NCBI GenBank assembly: GCA_963720265.1
Contig: CAVRET010000002.1
Span: forward strand, 750,069-814,068
Direction of reading: 5' to 3'
Length of the DNA stretch: 64,000 nt
Source: an uncultured bacterium
Lineage (GTDB): Bacteria > Patescibacteriota > Saccharimonadia > UBA4664
The first letter of the stretch is position 1. Every line of letters starts with the position of its first letter. Of the stretch, positions 16,394 through 26,058 are shown piece after piece. The notes below the pieces were generated by a model that saw nothing but the letters and a program-made list of their open reading frames with translations, was not told where the DNA came from and did not search any database. A program made the position numbers and the translations under genes.

Positions 16394-17262
16394 AGCGCGT
16401 GCAGCTTGGGCAGCACTGATTTGCCAAGCTCATCGTAGGCCGCGAGATCCGGATCAGGGCCGTTGCGCAAAATGATATGCGACACGCCCAGCTTGGCCAT
16501 TGCTGCGGCTTGGCCAAGCAGCTCGTCCGGCTGCTTCGCGGCTGTCACCACGTCCATGCCGCCCAATGAGGTCTTTTCAATTTCATCAAAGTTGCGGCCC
16601 ACCTCATCACAATGGCGCCGCAGTACGTCCATCTTGTGCGCGAGCTCGGTCCCGCCAAAGAAGTTGCAGGCGTCACCGTACTGCGCCACCAGGCGCAGCG
16701 TCTTTTGCTCGCCACCACCACCAACCAGGATCGGCGGATGCGGCTTTTGCACAGCCTGTGGGCTGTTGAGCGGCCGCTCCAGGTTGTAGTGCTTGCCATG
16801 AAACGGCGTCTCATCTCCGGCCCACATCTGCTTTGCGATCTTAAGCGTTTCTTCCAGCTTCTCAAACCGTCCACCGGCCAGTGGTCGTGGCAAGCCCAAT
16901 GCCACGGCCTCATCCTCGTTCCAACCGGCGCCGACACCAAAATACGCCCGCCCGCCGGAGAGCACATCGAGCGTGGTCACGGCCTTTATAAGTAGCGCCG
17001 GCTCGCGGTAAATTACGCCGGTCACCATGGTACCAAGCATCACCTTCTTGGTAACTCCGGCCATAAAGCCGAGCGTTGTGTAGGCCTCGAGCATTGGATC
17101 GGTCGCCGGGCCTAGGTGGCCGATTTGCAAGAAGTGGTCCATAACCCATTCGCTGTCGAATCCGACTTCATCGGCCTTACCCGCAATGCCGCGCAGTGTT
17201 GCACCAATTTTCTCCGTCCCGCCCGGCCAGTCAAACCGGTTAATTTGCAGTCCTACTTTCAT
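16390..17262 (-). CDS. LLM-class (luciferase-like) flavin/F420-dependent oxidoreductase
   Basis: 290 aa with TIM-barrel LLM motifs (FDSEWVMDHF...GVGAGW...PPILVGGGGE). The stop overlaps the start of the upstream fgd by ATGA. Confidence 0.7.
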   Translation of the reverse strand: MKVGLQINRFDWPGGTEKIGATLRGIAGKADEVGFDSEWVMDHFLQIGHLGPATDPMLEAYTTLGFMAGVTKKVMLGTMVTGVIYREPALLIKAVTTLDVLSGGRAYFGVGAGWNEDEAVALGLPRPLAGGRFEKLEETLKIAKQMWAGDETPFHGKHYNLERPLNSPQAVQKPHPPILVGGGGEQKTLRLVAQYGDACNFFGGTELAHKMDVLRRHCDEVGRNFDEIEKTSLGGMDVVTAAKQPDELLGQAAAMAKLGVSHIILRNGPDPDLAAYDELGKSVLPKLHAL

Positions 17263-18266
17263 CGTCCCTCCTTTGCTTGCTTAAATTCGGCCGCCTGCGC
17301 GCGCAGCTTGGGCAACACCTCGTGCCCTAACAGCCTGATCGTGTCCCCCTGTTCAACCGAGGTGGTTTGAATGCCCAAAATATCCGGTTGCAACCGCCTC
17401 GCCAGCTCGCCGTAAACCGCCACGTAATCATCCGCGGTTTGGACCCGGTGGTATTGGCCGAGTACTTGGTCGCGCGGCAACTCGTCGGCTGCCTGCCGCA
17501 ATTTAGCCGGGTCAATCTCCGAGTCGCGGTTGGGCGCCCTCAAGCCGCGCCATGGTTTGAGGGCTTCCCATGCCTCATCGTCGTTACTGCCACGTATCGT
17601 CCACTGAGACGCCACAATCGTAGGTGCCGGGCGCTTAGCCTCCACCGCCACAGCGCGAGCGGGCTCCACAACCTTCTGAATCACATCGTCGGTATCTTTG
17701 ACGCTCAGAATCAACCCGTCCGTGATCCGGGCTGCCAGTTTGGCCGACTTTGGGCCGGCCGCCGACATGTATATCGGCACTCGGTGCATTGGTGGGCTAT
17801 ACAACTTAGCTCCCACCGTTTTGTAATACCGGCCGCTAGAATCGACCCGCTCACCGTCAAGTAATCGGCGCATGATCGTAATGGCCTCTTCCATGCGCGC
17901 CGCCCGTTCTGCGTAACCAGGAAACGGATAGCCCAGCGCCCCCTCGCTCCGGCCCGTGCCCACTCCCAGGGCAAACCGCCCACCGCTTAAGCGATCCACC
18001 GTTGCCGCGGCCTGCGCCACCACGGCCGGGTGCATATGCCACAGCGGCGTCACCACGGCGGTTAGAAGTTCAAGTTTGTCAGTCGTCTGTGCGATTGCCG
18101 CCAGCGTTGACCATACAAATCCGGCCGCACCGACGTCGTCGACCCATGGGTGGAAATGGTCGCTCACCGCCACGCCGTCGAACCCATGCGCTTCCGCCAG
18201 CCGTGCGTGCTCCACGAGCTCTTCAGGCTGAAATTGTTCGTGTCCCAGGTACAAATATATCTTCAT
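17259..18266 (-). CDS. fgd: F420-dependent glucose-6-phosphate dehydrogenase (LLM family)
   Basis: Start at ATG 18266 (MKIYLYLGHEQFQPEELVEHARLAEAHGFDGVAVSDHFHPW). It aligns closely with mycobacterial Fgd1 (..[53 protein letters not shown] motifs). Confidence 0.65.
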   Translation of the reverse strand: MKIYLYLGHEQFQPEELVEHARLAEAHGFDGVAVSDHFHPWVDDVGAAGFVWSTLAAIAQTTDKLELLTAVVTPLWHMHPAVVAQAAATVDRLSGGRFALGVGTGRSEGALGYPFPGYAERAARMEEAITIMRRLLDGERVDSSGRYYKTVGAKLYSPPMHRVPIYMSAAGPKSAKLAARITDGLILSVKDTDDVIQKVVEPARAVAVEAKRPAPTIVASQWTIRGSNDDEAWEALKPWRGLRAPNRDSEIDPAKLRQAADELPRDQVLGQYHRVQTADDYVAVYGELARRLQPDILGIQTTSVEQGDTIRLLGHEVLPKLRAQAAEFKQAKEGR

Positions 18267-18315
18267 ACTTTCACTATACTCGGTAAAGCTGGGAGCATCC
18301 TGGTACAATCTTCCT

Positions 18316-18759
18316 ATGCGAACCACCGGTGAACGTAAACAACATTTGCTCGAACTCTTGGAGAGCGGCAAGCGTGATGTTTGGGTCGCTACCGCCGACA
18401 AAAACGGGCACCCGCATCTCGTGCCGTTCTCGTTCGGCTGGGACGGACGGCATGTAATTGTGGCAACGGAAGCTGCCTTTGTGACCGCCCGCAGCCTTGA
18501 AGTAACGCATCGCGCCCGGCTAGCCGTCGGTGACACCCGCGATGTAAACCTCATTGATGTGACGGCCAAAACCATCGCAATGTCTGACCTCGATCACGCG
18601 GTCGCCGACGACTTTGCGGCCCGCAACGGCTGGGATCCGCGTAAAGCCCGGGGAAGCTGGGTTTGGCTTGCCATGACCCCCGAGCGTATTCTGTGCTGGA
18701 ACAATGAGGCCGAGCTCGACGGCCGTACCGTTATGAAAAACGGCCGTTGGCTGACCTGA
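18316..18759 (+). CDS. pyridoxamine 5'-phosphate oxidase-like (PPOX/split-barrel) family protein
   Basis: 147 aa with a split-barrel-like pattern (WVATADKNGHPHLVPFSF...HVIVAT). Such proteins are often F420/FMN-binding. Confidence 0.55.
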   Translation: MRTTGERKQHLLELLESGKRDVWVATADKNGHPHLVPFSFGWDGRHVIVATEAAFVTARSLEVTHRARLAVGDTRDVNLIDVTAKTIAMSDLDHAVADDFAARNGWDPRKARGSWVWLAMTPERILCWNNEAELDGRTVMKNGRWLT

Positions 18760-18796
18760 CCTGGCTCCGGCCATCATAAAGGTATAGTCTGGTTGC

Positions 18797-19471
18797 ATGG
18801 CGATTCGATTTGTCAAAATTAGCTCACCCGACCCAGTGGTGGCCTATGTCGCCGATACGCTGAAGGCTCATCTAAATGCTGGTGAGCGGGTGCTTTGGCT
18901 GATCGCCGGCGGCTCGGTCATCAAGGTGGCGGTGCAGGTTGCAAAACAACTCGAAGGCACGCCACTAAGTGCGCTCACAGTTTCACTCACCGACGAGCGC
19001 CCCGGCTTTCCTGGGCACGCCGATTCCAACTGGGCTGGTCTGCTGGCTGCCGGTTTTGACGTAGCTGGTGCCCGTCGTCAGGCCATTCTCACCGGTGCTA
19101 GCACCAAATCCGATGTTGCCAGTTTTGCCCGTTTTCTCGACGTTGAGTTACGTGCCAATGAATTTCGCTTCGGCCTTTTTGGCGTTGGACCCGATGGCCA
19201 CACCGCCGGCCTTCCTGCCCGCACTGCAGCCATGACCACCACCGCAGCCGTAGCCGCGTATTACGAATCGGGCTCTTTCAAACGCCTATCAATGACGCCT
19301 GCGGCCATCGCCCGTCTCGACGAAGCCGTGGTCTACATGGTAGGAGCCGACAAGCATGAGCAGGTGGAGCGGTTTGCGAGGGACCTGCCATTTGTTGAAC
19401 AATCGGCTCAGGCGTTGAAATCGACGCCCAGCGTTACGGTATTTAATGACTACAAAGGAGATCCGGCATGA
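18797..19471 (+). CDS. pgl: 6-phosphogluconolactonase
   Basis: LIAGGSVIKV and LTDERPGFPGHADSNW motifs of the Pgl/NagB fold. Its stop overlaps the gnd start by ATGA. Confidence 0.65.
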   Translation: MAIRFVKISSPDPVVAYVADTLKAHLNAGERVLWLIAGGSVIKVAVQVAKQLEGTPLSALTVSLTDERPGFPGHADSNWAGLLAAGFDVAGARRQAILTGASTKSDVASFARFLDVELRANEFRFGLFGVGPDGHTAGLPARTAAMTTTAAVAAYYESGSFKRLSMTPAAIARLDEAVVYMVGADKHEQVERFARDLPFVEQSAQALKSTPSVTVFNDYKGDPA

Positions 19472-20376
19472 AACTTGGGTTTATTGGACTAGGACGCATG
19501 GGCGGCCACATGGTGACGCGGCTGGTAAAGGACGACCACGAGATCATCGTTGCCGGCCGCAATCCCGAGCACGTGGCGGCCGCGGCGACCGAGTCTGGCG
19601 CGATACCGGCGAAGGATTATGTCGACATGATAGCAAAGCTCGGTAAAGACCCCATTGTTTGGCTCATGGTGCCGCAAGCTGCGGTCGACGATCAGCTCGC
19701 CGAGCTAATACCGCACTTGCCAAAGGGCGCCGTTATCGTGGACGGCGGCAACTCCGACTTTCGCGAAACCCTGCGTCGCGCCAAATTCATCGAGAAACAA
19801 GGTTTCCACCTGGTTGATTGTGGTACGTCCGGCGGCATTTTAGGTGCCTCGGCCGGTTACTGCCTCATGGTTGGTGGCGACCCGCAAATTACTAGGCGCC
19901 TTGAGCCGGCGTTTACTTCCCTTGCCCAACGCGGGGGCTGGGGGCATTTCGGACCCACCGGCGCGGGACACTACATTAAAATGATTCACAACGCTGTCGA
20001 ATACGGCATGATGGAATCCTACGCCGAAGGTTATCGTTTGCTCCACGACGGGCAGAGCTTTCCCGGGCTCGACCTCGCAAAAATCGCTGAAGTCTGGCAA
20101 CACGGCAGCATTGTGGCCTCGGATCTCAACGGCTTGGCCGTCGGGATTTTCCGCGCCAACCCCGGGCTAGGCGGCATCGACGGCTACGTGGCCGAAACCG
20201 GCGAAGCCCGCTGGACGCTCGAGCAGGCCGCCTCAGAGAACATCAACTTGCCGGCCATTCAGTCGGCCATGGACGTACGCCGTGCCTCGCAAGCCGGGCA
20301 GGTGAACTTTGGCACCAAACTGCTGGCGGCGCTTCGCCAAGCCTTCGGCGGACACGCCATCGGGAAGCCACAGTAA
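19468..20376 (+). CDS. gnd: 6-phosphogluconate dehydrogenase (decarboxylating), short YqeC-like form
   Basis: N-terminal MKLGFIGLGRMGGHM Rossmann motif. The 6PGDH core (GTSGG, HNAVEYG, W..GSI) is present. About 300 aa. Confidence 0.7.
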   Translation: MKLGFIGLGRMGGHMVTRLVKDDHEIIVAGRNPEHVAAAATESGAIPAKDYVDMIAKLGKDPIVWLMVPQAAVDDQLAELIPHLPKGAVIVDGGNSDFRETLRRAKFIEKQGFHLVDCGTSGGILGASAGYCLMVGGDPQITRRLEPAFTSLAQRGGWGHFGPTGAGHYIKMIHNAVEYGMMESYAEGYRLLHDGQSFPGLDLAKIAEVWQHGSIVASDLNGLAVGIFRANPGLGGIDGYVAETGEARWTLEQAASENINLPAIQSAMDVRRASQAGQVNFGTKLLAALRQAFGGHAIGKPQ

Positions 20377-20378
20377 GC

Positions 20379-21788
20379 ATGGCGGGTCCAGAGTCCACAA
20401 CCGCCGAGCCGCTCATGTCTGGGTTGCTCGTAATTTTCGGTGTCACCGGCGACCTTGCTCACCGCTATCTCTTGCCGGCCCTCTACCAGCTCGAACGTAG
20501 GCAATTGCTGCCAGACGAGTTTGAAATTATTGGCGTCACCCGGCGCGGCGCCGAAGTCTCGGCTTTGCTAAAGGGCATTGAAGACGAACTCAAAACCACC
20601 GGCCACGAGACTGAGCCCGCCGTGCTCGCCCGCCTGGGCCGGCGCATGCGCATTGTCACCATGGACCCCACCAGCGCCCCCGACTACCTGCGGCTCAAGG
20701 CCACGCTCGACAAGCTCGAGGACGAGCGCGGCGTCTGCCTCAACCGGCTGTTTTATCTCTCAATTCCGCCCGGGATTTACGGTCCTGTGGTTGATCTGCT
20801 CGGCAGCTCCGGCCTAGGCGCGGGCTGCCAGCACGGCACGGCCGATTCGCGCCTCATGGTTGAAAAACCCTTCGGCTATGATCTCGCCTCCGCCACCGAG
20901 CTGGTTGAGCGCCTGCATAAGAGCTTCAAAGAGTCGCAAATTTTTCGCATCGATCACTATCTGGCCAAAGAGACTGCTCAAAACATTCTCACCTTTCGCT
21001 TTGCCAACCCCATCTTTCAATCCATCTGGAATCGTGAGCATATTACCAGCCTCACCATTGCGGCGGCCGAAGCTATCGGTATCGAAGGCCGGGCGGCATT
21101 TTACGATCCGGTCGGAGCATTGCGCGATTTTGTTCAGAACCACCTCATGCAATTGCTTGCCATAACCACCATGGATGTGCCACGCGTTGTTAATGCAGGC
21201 TCGGTACATATGGAAAGATTACGGCTTCTTGAAGCCGTTAAGCCTATCCCGCCAAACGAAGTTGTCGATCTTGCCACTCGCGGCCAGTATCGCGGCTACC
21301 GTGATGAGGTTGCCAACCCCGATTCCATTACCGAAACGTTCGCCCGTCTCAAGTTGCAAATTGACAACAACGCCTGGCGGGGTGTACCCATCGTGCTGCA
21401 AACCGGTAAAAGGCTCAATGAACGCTCCACCCATATCACACTCACATTTGGTGGCGACAGCCGCGAGCCAGCCAACACGCTGACATTCCGCATCCAACCA
21501 AACGAAGGCATCGCGCTCGAACTCCTGGCCAAAGAGCCCGGCTTTGACCAGCGCACGCGGCCGGTCGAAATGGCCTTTGATTACGCCGGCAGCTTTGGTC
21601 CCGATTCGCAGCCCAACGCCTACGAGCACGTTTTGCTCGATGGCATTCGCGGCGACCAGACCCTCTTTACCACTAGCGACGAAGTGTTGGCCTCTTGGCG
21701 GATTGTCGACGCAGTGGTAGGGGAGTGGTCCAAATCCGGTGACGGCCTCATTATCTACGAACCCGGCACGCCGGCTGATGCAATCTAA
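20379..21788 (+). CDS. zwf: glucose-6-phosphate 1-dehydrogenase
   Basis: IFGVTGDLAHRYLLPALY (GxxGDLA NADP site) and RIDHYLAKE (active-site RIDHYLGKE motif). 469 aa, 2 nt after the gnd stop. Confidence 0.85.
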   Translation: MAGPESTTAEPLMSGLLVIFGVTGDLAHRYLLPALYQLERRQLLPDEFEIIGVTRRGAEVSALLKGIEDELKTTGHETEPAVLARLGRRMRIVTMDPTSAPDYLRLKATLDKLEDERGVCLNRLFYLSIPPGIYGPVVDLLGSSGLGAGCQHGTADSRLMVEKPFGYDLASATELVERLHKSFKESQIFRIDHYLAKETAQNILTFRFANPIFQSIWNREHITSLTIAAAEAIGIEGRAAFYDPVGALRDFVQNHLMQLLAITTMDVPRVVNAGSVHMERLRLLEAVKPIPPNEVVDLATRGQYRGYRDEVANPDSITETFARLKLQIDNNAWRGVPIVLQTGKRLNERSTHITLTFGGDSREPANTLTFRIQPNEGIALELLAKEPGFDQRTRPVEMAFDYAGSFGPDSQPNAYEHVLLDGIRGDQTLFTTSDEVLASWRIVDAVVGEWSKSGDGLIIYEPGTPADAI

Positions 21789-21885
21789 TAAGTCCGTCAG
21801 CTTTACAATAGTCGCAGAGGATTGTAGAATCATCTTCGTCCAACGTATGTCCGCCTAGCGGACCCGATTTGGCCCGGGAGGGTCG

Positions 21886-22617
21886 ATGACGATAAGTCAA
21901 AGCGGTGAGCGAGTAGAATCCGACTCCCGACTCACATGGTCGGTGTTCGGCGCACTGCTCGTCTCAATCGATGCCGGCGTGGTGTTCTCGCTCATAAGTT
22001 TGCACTACGTCTATACCGGGTCGTTGCCCTGGTTCACGGTGATATTCACAACGGTCGGCGGCTTCGCCCTCGCTGGGCCCTGGAAGCGGATAATACCGCG
22101 TCTACACCTGCTCGTCCGCATACTGGGTGTGGCGGTCCTGGCCGTCATGGTCTGGCTCAACACTCTGAGCGGCGTGCAGCGCCACGACCAGCAGGCCCCG
22201 GCCCGGGCCATCGCAGCTCAGCAAGCCGCCGTACGCGCGAGCGCCGCGGCCTCAATCGCGTCGGTCAATGCGGTCTACCAGAGTCAGCTCAACCAGGCGA
22301 CCACCGCTGCCACAAACCAACTCGCGACCCAGGGCTTCGTCAGCGATTTCAGTGGCGACCCGCCAGATGTAACGCTCAGCAACCTGACCTCTGGCACTGT
22401 CACCATCTACATCGCCGTCGGATACGCTCGCTTCCAGCCGGTCGTGCCGATCGAGAAGATCAACGGCCGCTGGGTGGCCGGCTGTCCGACCACTGCGCCC
22501 GGCGTCATGTACCCGCTCGACGGCCCGAACAACCAGGTGGCGATTAGCCTGAACGATTCCGGCCACTGTCCGGCCGGTATCGCACCGCCGTCGTCTCGGG
22601 CCCCTCCGCAGGGCTAA
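21886..22617 (+). CDS. hypothetical membrane protein
   Basis: N-terminal TM helices followed by a Gln/Ala-rich region and a Cys-containing C-terminal domain. Confidence 0.45.
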   Translation: MTISQSGERVESDSRLTWSVFGALLVSIDAGVVFSLISLHYVYTGSLPWFTVIFTTVGGFALAGPWKRIIPRLHLLVRILGVAVLAVMVWLNTLSGVQRHDQQAPARAIAAQQAAVRASAAASIASVNAVYQSQLNQATTAATNQLATQGFVSDFSGDPPDVTLSNLTSGTVTIYIAVGYARFQPVVPIEKINGRWVAGCPTTAPGVMYPLDGPNNQVAISLNDSGHCPAGIAPPSSRAPPQG

Positions 22618-22900
22618 CGCTGCCAGCCGAAGAGACCCCGGCCGTGCCGCATAACGGGCGCGGCTGGGAGGCTTAAGTAATTATCAAAAAAATACGTATT
22701 GACGTACGCATTCCGGTTGTGCTAAGAACTAAGTAGATAGTCGAGGTGGAGCAAGATCAAAATGCAAAAGTTGAGTTTGCTCCTTTTGCTGGGTACTGCA
22801 GGTATCAAATAATCGAGCTTCAGGGACTATCGCTGAGACGGGCCGCATGCGGTCCGTTCTCTGTTTGGCCTAAATTTGCCAGCTTTTATAAAATAGAAGT

Positions 22901-23467
22901 ATGACAAACACCCACCCAACCCAATCACCGGCCAGGACCGAAACTATCGTGCTCGGCGGTGGCTGCTTCTGGTGCCTCGATGCTGTATACCGGCGAGTCG
23001 AGGGCGTAATTCGCGTCGTATCAGGCTACGCCGGCGGCCACACTCCCGACCCGAGCTATTGGCGCGTTGCTTCCAAGACCACCGGCCATGCCGAAGTCGT
23101 GCAGGTCACGTTCGACCCATCCGTCATCAGCCTCCGCGACATCCTCGACATTTTTTGGACACTTCACGATCCGACCACCAAAGACCGCCAGGGCTATGAC
23201 ACTGGCCCGGAATATCGTTCCACCATCTTGTATCAAGGTGAAGAGCAGTGGCGGGTAGTGGAGGCCTCGCTGGAAGCTGCCGGCAAGCTCTGGGCGGCCC
23301 CAATTGTGACCGAGATAAAACCGCTGGAAGCCTTTTATGAAGCCGAAGCCGAAAACCAAGACTTTTATAACAGTGGTCAGCGTCCTGATTATTGCGAGAT
23401 TGTCATTAACCCAAAACTGGCCAAGCTCCGGGCTGCCTTCGCCGCCCGCCTCAAACCCGGCGCGTGA
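22901..23467 (+). CDS. msrA: peptide-methionine (S)-S-oxide reductase
   Basis: GGGCFWCLDAVY active-site motif near the N-terminus, followed by GYAGG and HDPTT conserved blocks. Confidence 0.85.
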   Translation: MTNTHPTQSPARTETIVLGGGCFWCLDAVYRRVEGVIRVVSGYAGGHTPDPSYWRVASKTTGHAEVVQVTFDPSVISLRDILDIFWTLHDPTTKDRQGYDTGPEYRSTILYQGEEQWRVVEASLEAAGKLWAAPIVTEIKPLEAFYEAEAENQDFYNSGQRPDYCEIVINPKLAKLRAAFAARLKPGA

Positions 23468-23507
23468 CAGCGTGATATAGTAGTGGCACTTGTAGCTGGA
23501 AACGCTC

Positions 23508-24062
23508 GTGAAACGCTCACCCTCCAAATTACACATCTGGCTTGCTAGCTGCTTCATGAGTATTGTGCTGGTCGGGTTGGTGTATGGCGTCGTGCAGCAA
23601 AATTACCGTGAGGCAGCCAATGATCCGCAGATTCAACTGGCCGAAGATGCGGCGGCCGCCCTCAATGCTGGGCACTCGCCGGCAAGCCTCGTGTTTGCCA
23701 CTCAGGTGAATATGAGCGCGAGCCTGGCCCCGTCCATCATTATTACCGACCAAAACCGCCACGTGTTGGCGAGCTCCGGTGAGCTGAACGGCAGTGTGCC
23801 GCTGCCGCCGGCCGGAACATTCGAAGCGGCAGCCGCGGGCCACGGAAAATACACCGATATCCCACACGAGGATCGAGTGACGTGGCAGCCGGCCGCCGGC
23901 ATCCGTGAAGCGGCCGTAATCGTACCGTGGAACGGCGGCTACGTGGTAGCGGCTCGCAACCTGCGCGAAGTCGAAAACCGTACCTCCCGACTCGGCGAGG
24001 ACTGCGCTGCAGCGTTAATCGTCCTGTTGGCAGGCCTAAGTGTTATATTTTGGTTCGCCTAA
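23508..24062 (+). CDS. hypothetical membrane-anchored protein
   Basis: TM helices at both N- and C-termini. No family recognised. Confidence 0.45.
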   Translation: MKRSPSKLHIWLASCFMSIVLVGLVYGVVQQNYREAANDPQIQLAEDAAAALNAGHSPASLVFATQVNMSASLAPSIIITDQNRHVLASSGELNGSVPLPPAGTFEAAAAGHGKYTDIPHEDRVTWQPAAGIREAAVIVPWNGGYVVAARNLREVENRTSRLGEDCAAALIVLLAGLSVIFWFA

Positions 24063-24067
24063 CGACG

Positions 24068-24868
24068 ATGACCGTATCGCCGCCGCTCATAGATTTGACC
24101 GAATCCGCGAACCTCCCCCTCGTGCACGTCGGCGGCAAGGCAGCCGCGCTCGGCCGTCTCGTAACCTTGGGAGCGCCGGTGCCGCCGGGATTTGTCGTGC
24201 CGCCCGAGGTTGACCTCGTTACCCACTCCAAGGCCATTCAAGATGCGCTAGCGGAGCTTAACGCAGGGCACGTGGCTGTTCGCTCATCAGCTGCGGGCGA
24301 GGATTCCGAGACCCAATCCTGGGCCGGCCAGTTTGAAAGCTACCTGTACGTGTCGCCGGCCGCAGTGTCGTCCCGCATTGCGGATTGCCGCGCCTCCGGC
24401 AGCACCGCCCGGGCTCGGACCTACGCTAACGGCGCCAATATGCCGGTAGCCGTCGTCGTACAAGCTATGGTCGCATCGGACGCCGCGGGGGTGCTTTTCA
24501 CCGTCAATCCAGTCACCAAAAATCCCAATGAGCTCATGATCGAGGCCGTTTGGGGCCTGGGCGAGCTCCTCGTCCAAGGTCTCGCCACGCCCGATAATTA
24601 CCTTGTGGCCAAGCTCACTGGTGAGCTCATGGATCAAACCATTGCGCCCAAGACCGTTATGATGACAGGTACTGACACCGGTCCAGCTGAGCGACCGGTG
24701 CCGGCAGCCCGCCGCACTCAGGCCGCACTCACGCCGCCTCAGCTCACCCAGCTTACCGCCCTGGCGGTGAACCTCGAGCGTAGTTTCGGCCACCCGCTCG
24801 ACATCGAATTTGCCTATGCTAGGGGAAAGCTTTACATTTTACAGGCTCGCCCTATTACTACGCTATAA
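24068..24868 (+). CDS. PEP/pyruvate-binding (PPDK_N-type) domain protein, N-terminal part of a split PEP-utilising enzyme
   Basis: VAVRSSAAGEDSETQSWAGQFESYL signature of the PEP-synthase / rifampicin-phosphotransferase N domain. It ends with LQARPITT as these domains do, with a TAA stop 12 nt before the next ATG. Confidence 0.6.
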   Translation: MTVSPPLIDLTESANLPLVHVGGKAAALGRLVTLGAPVPPGFVVPPEVDLVTHSKAIQDALAELNAGHVAVRSSAAGEDSETQSWAGQFESYLYVSPAAVSSRIADCRASGSTARARTYANGANMPVAVVVQAMVASDAAGVLFTVNPVTKNPNELMIEAVWGLGELLVQGLATPDNYLVAKLTGELMDQTIAPKTVMMTGTDTGPAERPVPAARRTQAALTPPQLTQLTALAVNLERSFGHPLDIEFAYARGKLYILQARPITTL

Positions 24869-24880
24869 CCGAGTATCATC

Positions 24881-25987
24881 ATGCCTCAATCCGACCAGGC
24901 TGAATTCTACCGCAAACAAATCTCACTCACTGAGTGGCTTGGCAATATGGACCATCCCGACACCGCGGTACTCCGCCGGGAAGATTTTGAAAAATATGAC
25001 CGCCTTGAGGTTCTGTGCCAAACCATTGGGCTGCCCTATGGCCGCCCCCGGCAGTTTCCGGCGGGTGCTGTGGCGGCGCGCGATCCCGAGTTTGAGACCT
25101 ACGTTCACGACCATGCCTCAGACCTCTGCATGATCCGTATTGTGCCGCATGATCCCGGCAATCCCAAGTTCCGCATGCGTGGCAAGACCATTGCTGAGGC
25201 TATTGAATGGTTTAAGCAACAAGCCGTTGACCCGGCCCGCTACGACATCTATCTGGTCCCGCACGCCGAGGATCACAGCTGGGGTACCATTTTTGTCGTC
25301 AACCAGCACGGCGTGTTTGGAGAAACCATCAACGGCGAGCACAACAAACTCACGCAGGGTTTATACGAAGCCGACGAGCACCCGGCCACTTTCAGCTCCA
25401 ACTTCGTCGATTGGCACTTCGATCCAAGCAACGCCGAGGCTGCAGCCTATATTCGCGGACTCATCGCCAAACTCAAGGTCGATGATCCCGAAAGTCGCGA
25501 CAAATTAACCGCCAAGCTAGGTGCTAGCTTTGCCCACGACTATCTTTGCGGCTACTTCGAAACCACTTGCTCGCGCACGCTTGGAACCTCGTTTCTCGAC
25601 TACAGTCCGGCGCTTGGGCGGCTATACGAGGATTTTGTCGAGCACGTTAGTCCGGCGCACGGTCGGGCGCTCGTGCGTGGCCAAGCCGGGAGCCCGGGTA
25701 CTGCTACCGGCCGTGTCCACATTGTCATGCCTGATCAAGTCGCCACCGCCCACCTTGAGCCGGACGAAATCCTAGTCTGCCGCATGACGACACCCGATTA
25801 TCTCCCGGTTATGCAACAAGCTGCGGCCATTGTTACGGATCTGGGCGGTACCCTCTCGCATGCCGCTATTGTAGCCCGCGAGCTCCACAAACCGTGTCTC
25901 ACCGCCACCGGCACTGCCACCACCGCGCTCAAGCCCGGCCAAACCGTCACAGTCGATGCCGACGCCGGCCTCGTCCGCAAAGCCTGA
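24881..25987 (+). CDS. PEP-utilising enzyme mobile (phosphohistidine swivel) domain protein, C-terminal part
   Basis: C-terminal GRVHIV...DEILVCRMTTPDYLPVMQQAAAIVTDLGGTLSHAAIVARELHKPCLTATG, including the catalytic His in the GG.LSHAAIVARE motif. Confidence 0.6.
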   Translation: MPQSDQAEFYRKQISLTEWLGNMDHPDTAVLRREDFEKYDRLEVLCQTIGLPYGRPRQFPAGAVAARDPEFETYVHDHASDLCMIRIVPHDPGNPKFRMRGKTIAEAIEWFKQQAVDPARYDIYLVPHAEDHSWGTIFVVNQHGVFGETINGEHNKLTQGLYEADEHPATFSSNFVDWHFDPSNAEAAAYIRGLIAKLKVDDPESRDKLTAKLGASFAHDYLCGYFETTCSRTLGTSFLDYSPALGRLYEDFVEHVSPAHGRALVRGQAGSPGTATGRVHIVMPDQVATAHLEPDEILVCRMTTPDYLPVMQQAAAIVTDLGGTLSHAAIVARELHKPCLTATGTATTALKPGQTVTVDADAGLVRKA

Positions 25988-26058
25988 AGGCCGTTTCACT
26001 ATCCATCTCACAGACAACCAACCTACAATGGGCTTACGGGTAATCAAGAAGACTGTTC

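Noticed and set aside
21219-21833. 204-aa minus-strand ORF inside zwf
   Set aside because: It lies entirely antisense to a confidently identified G6PD gene. It is a high-GC antisense artefact.
22866-22880. sigma54-like TGGCC-N-TTGCC motif upstream of msrA
   Set aside because: The GG-to-GC spacing is 9 nt, not the canonical 10, and no enhancer-binding-protein context is present. It is probably chance.
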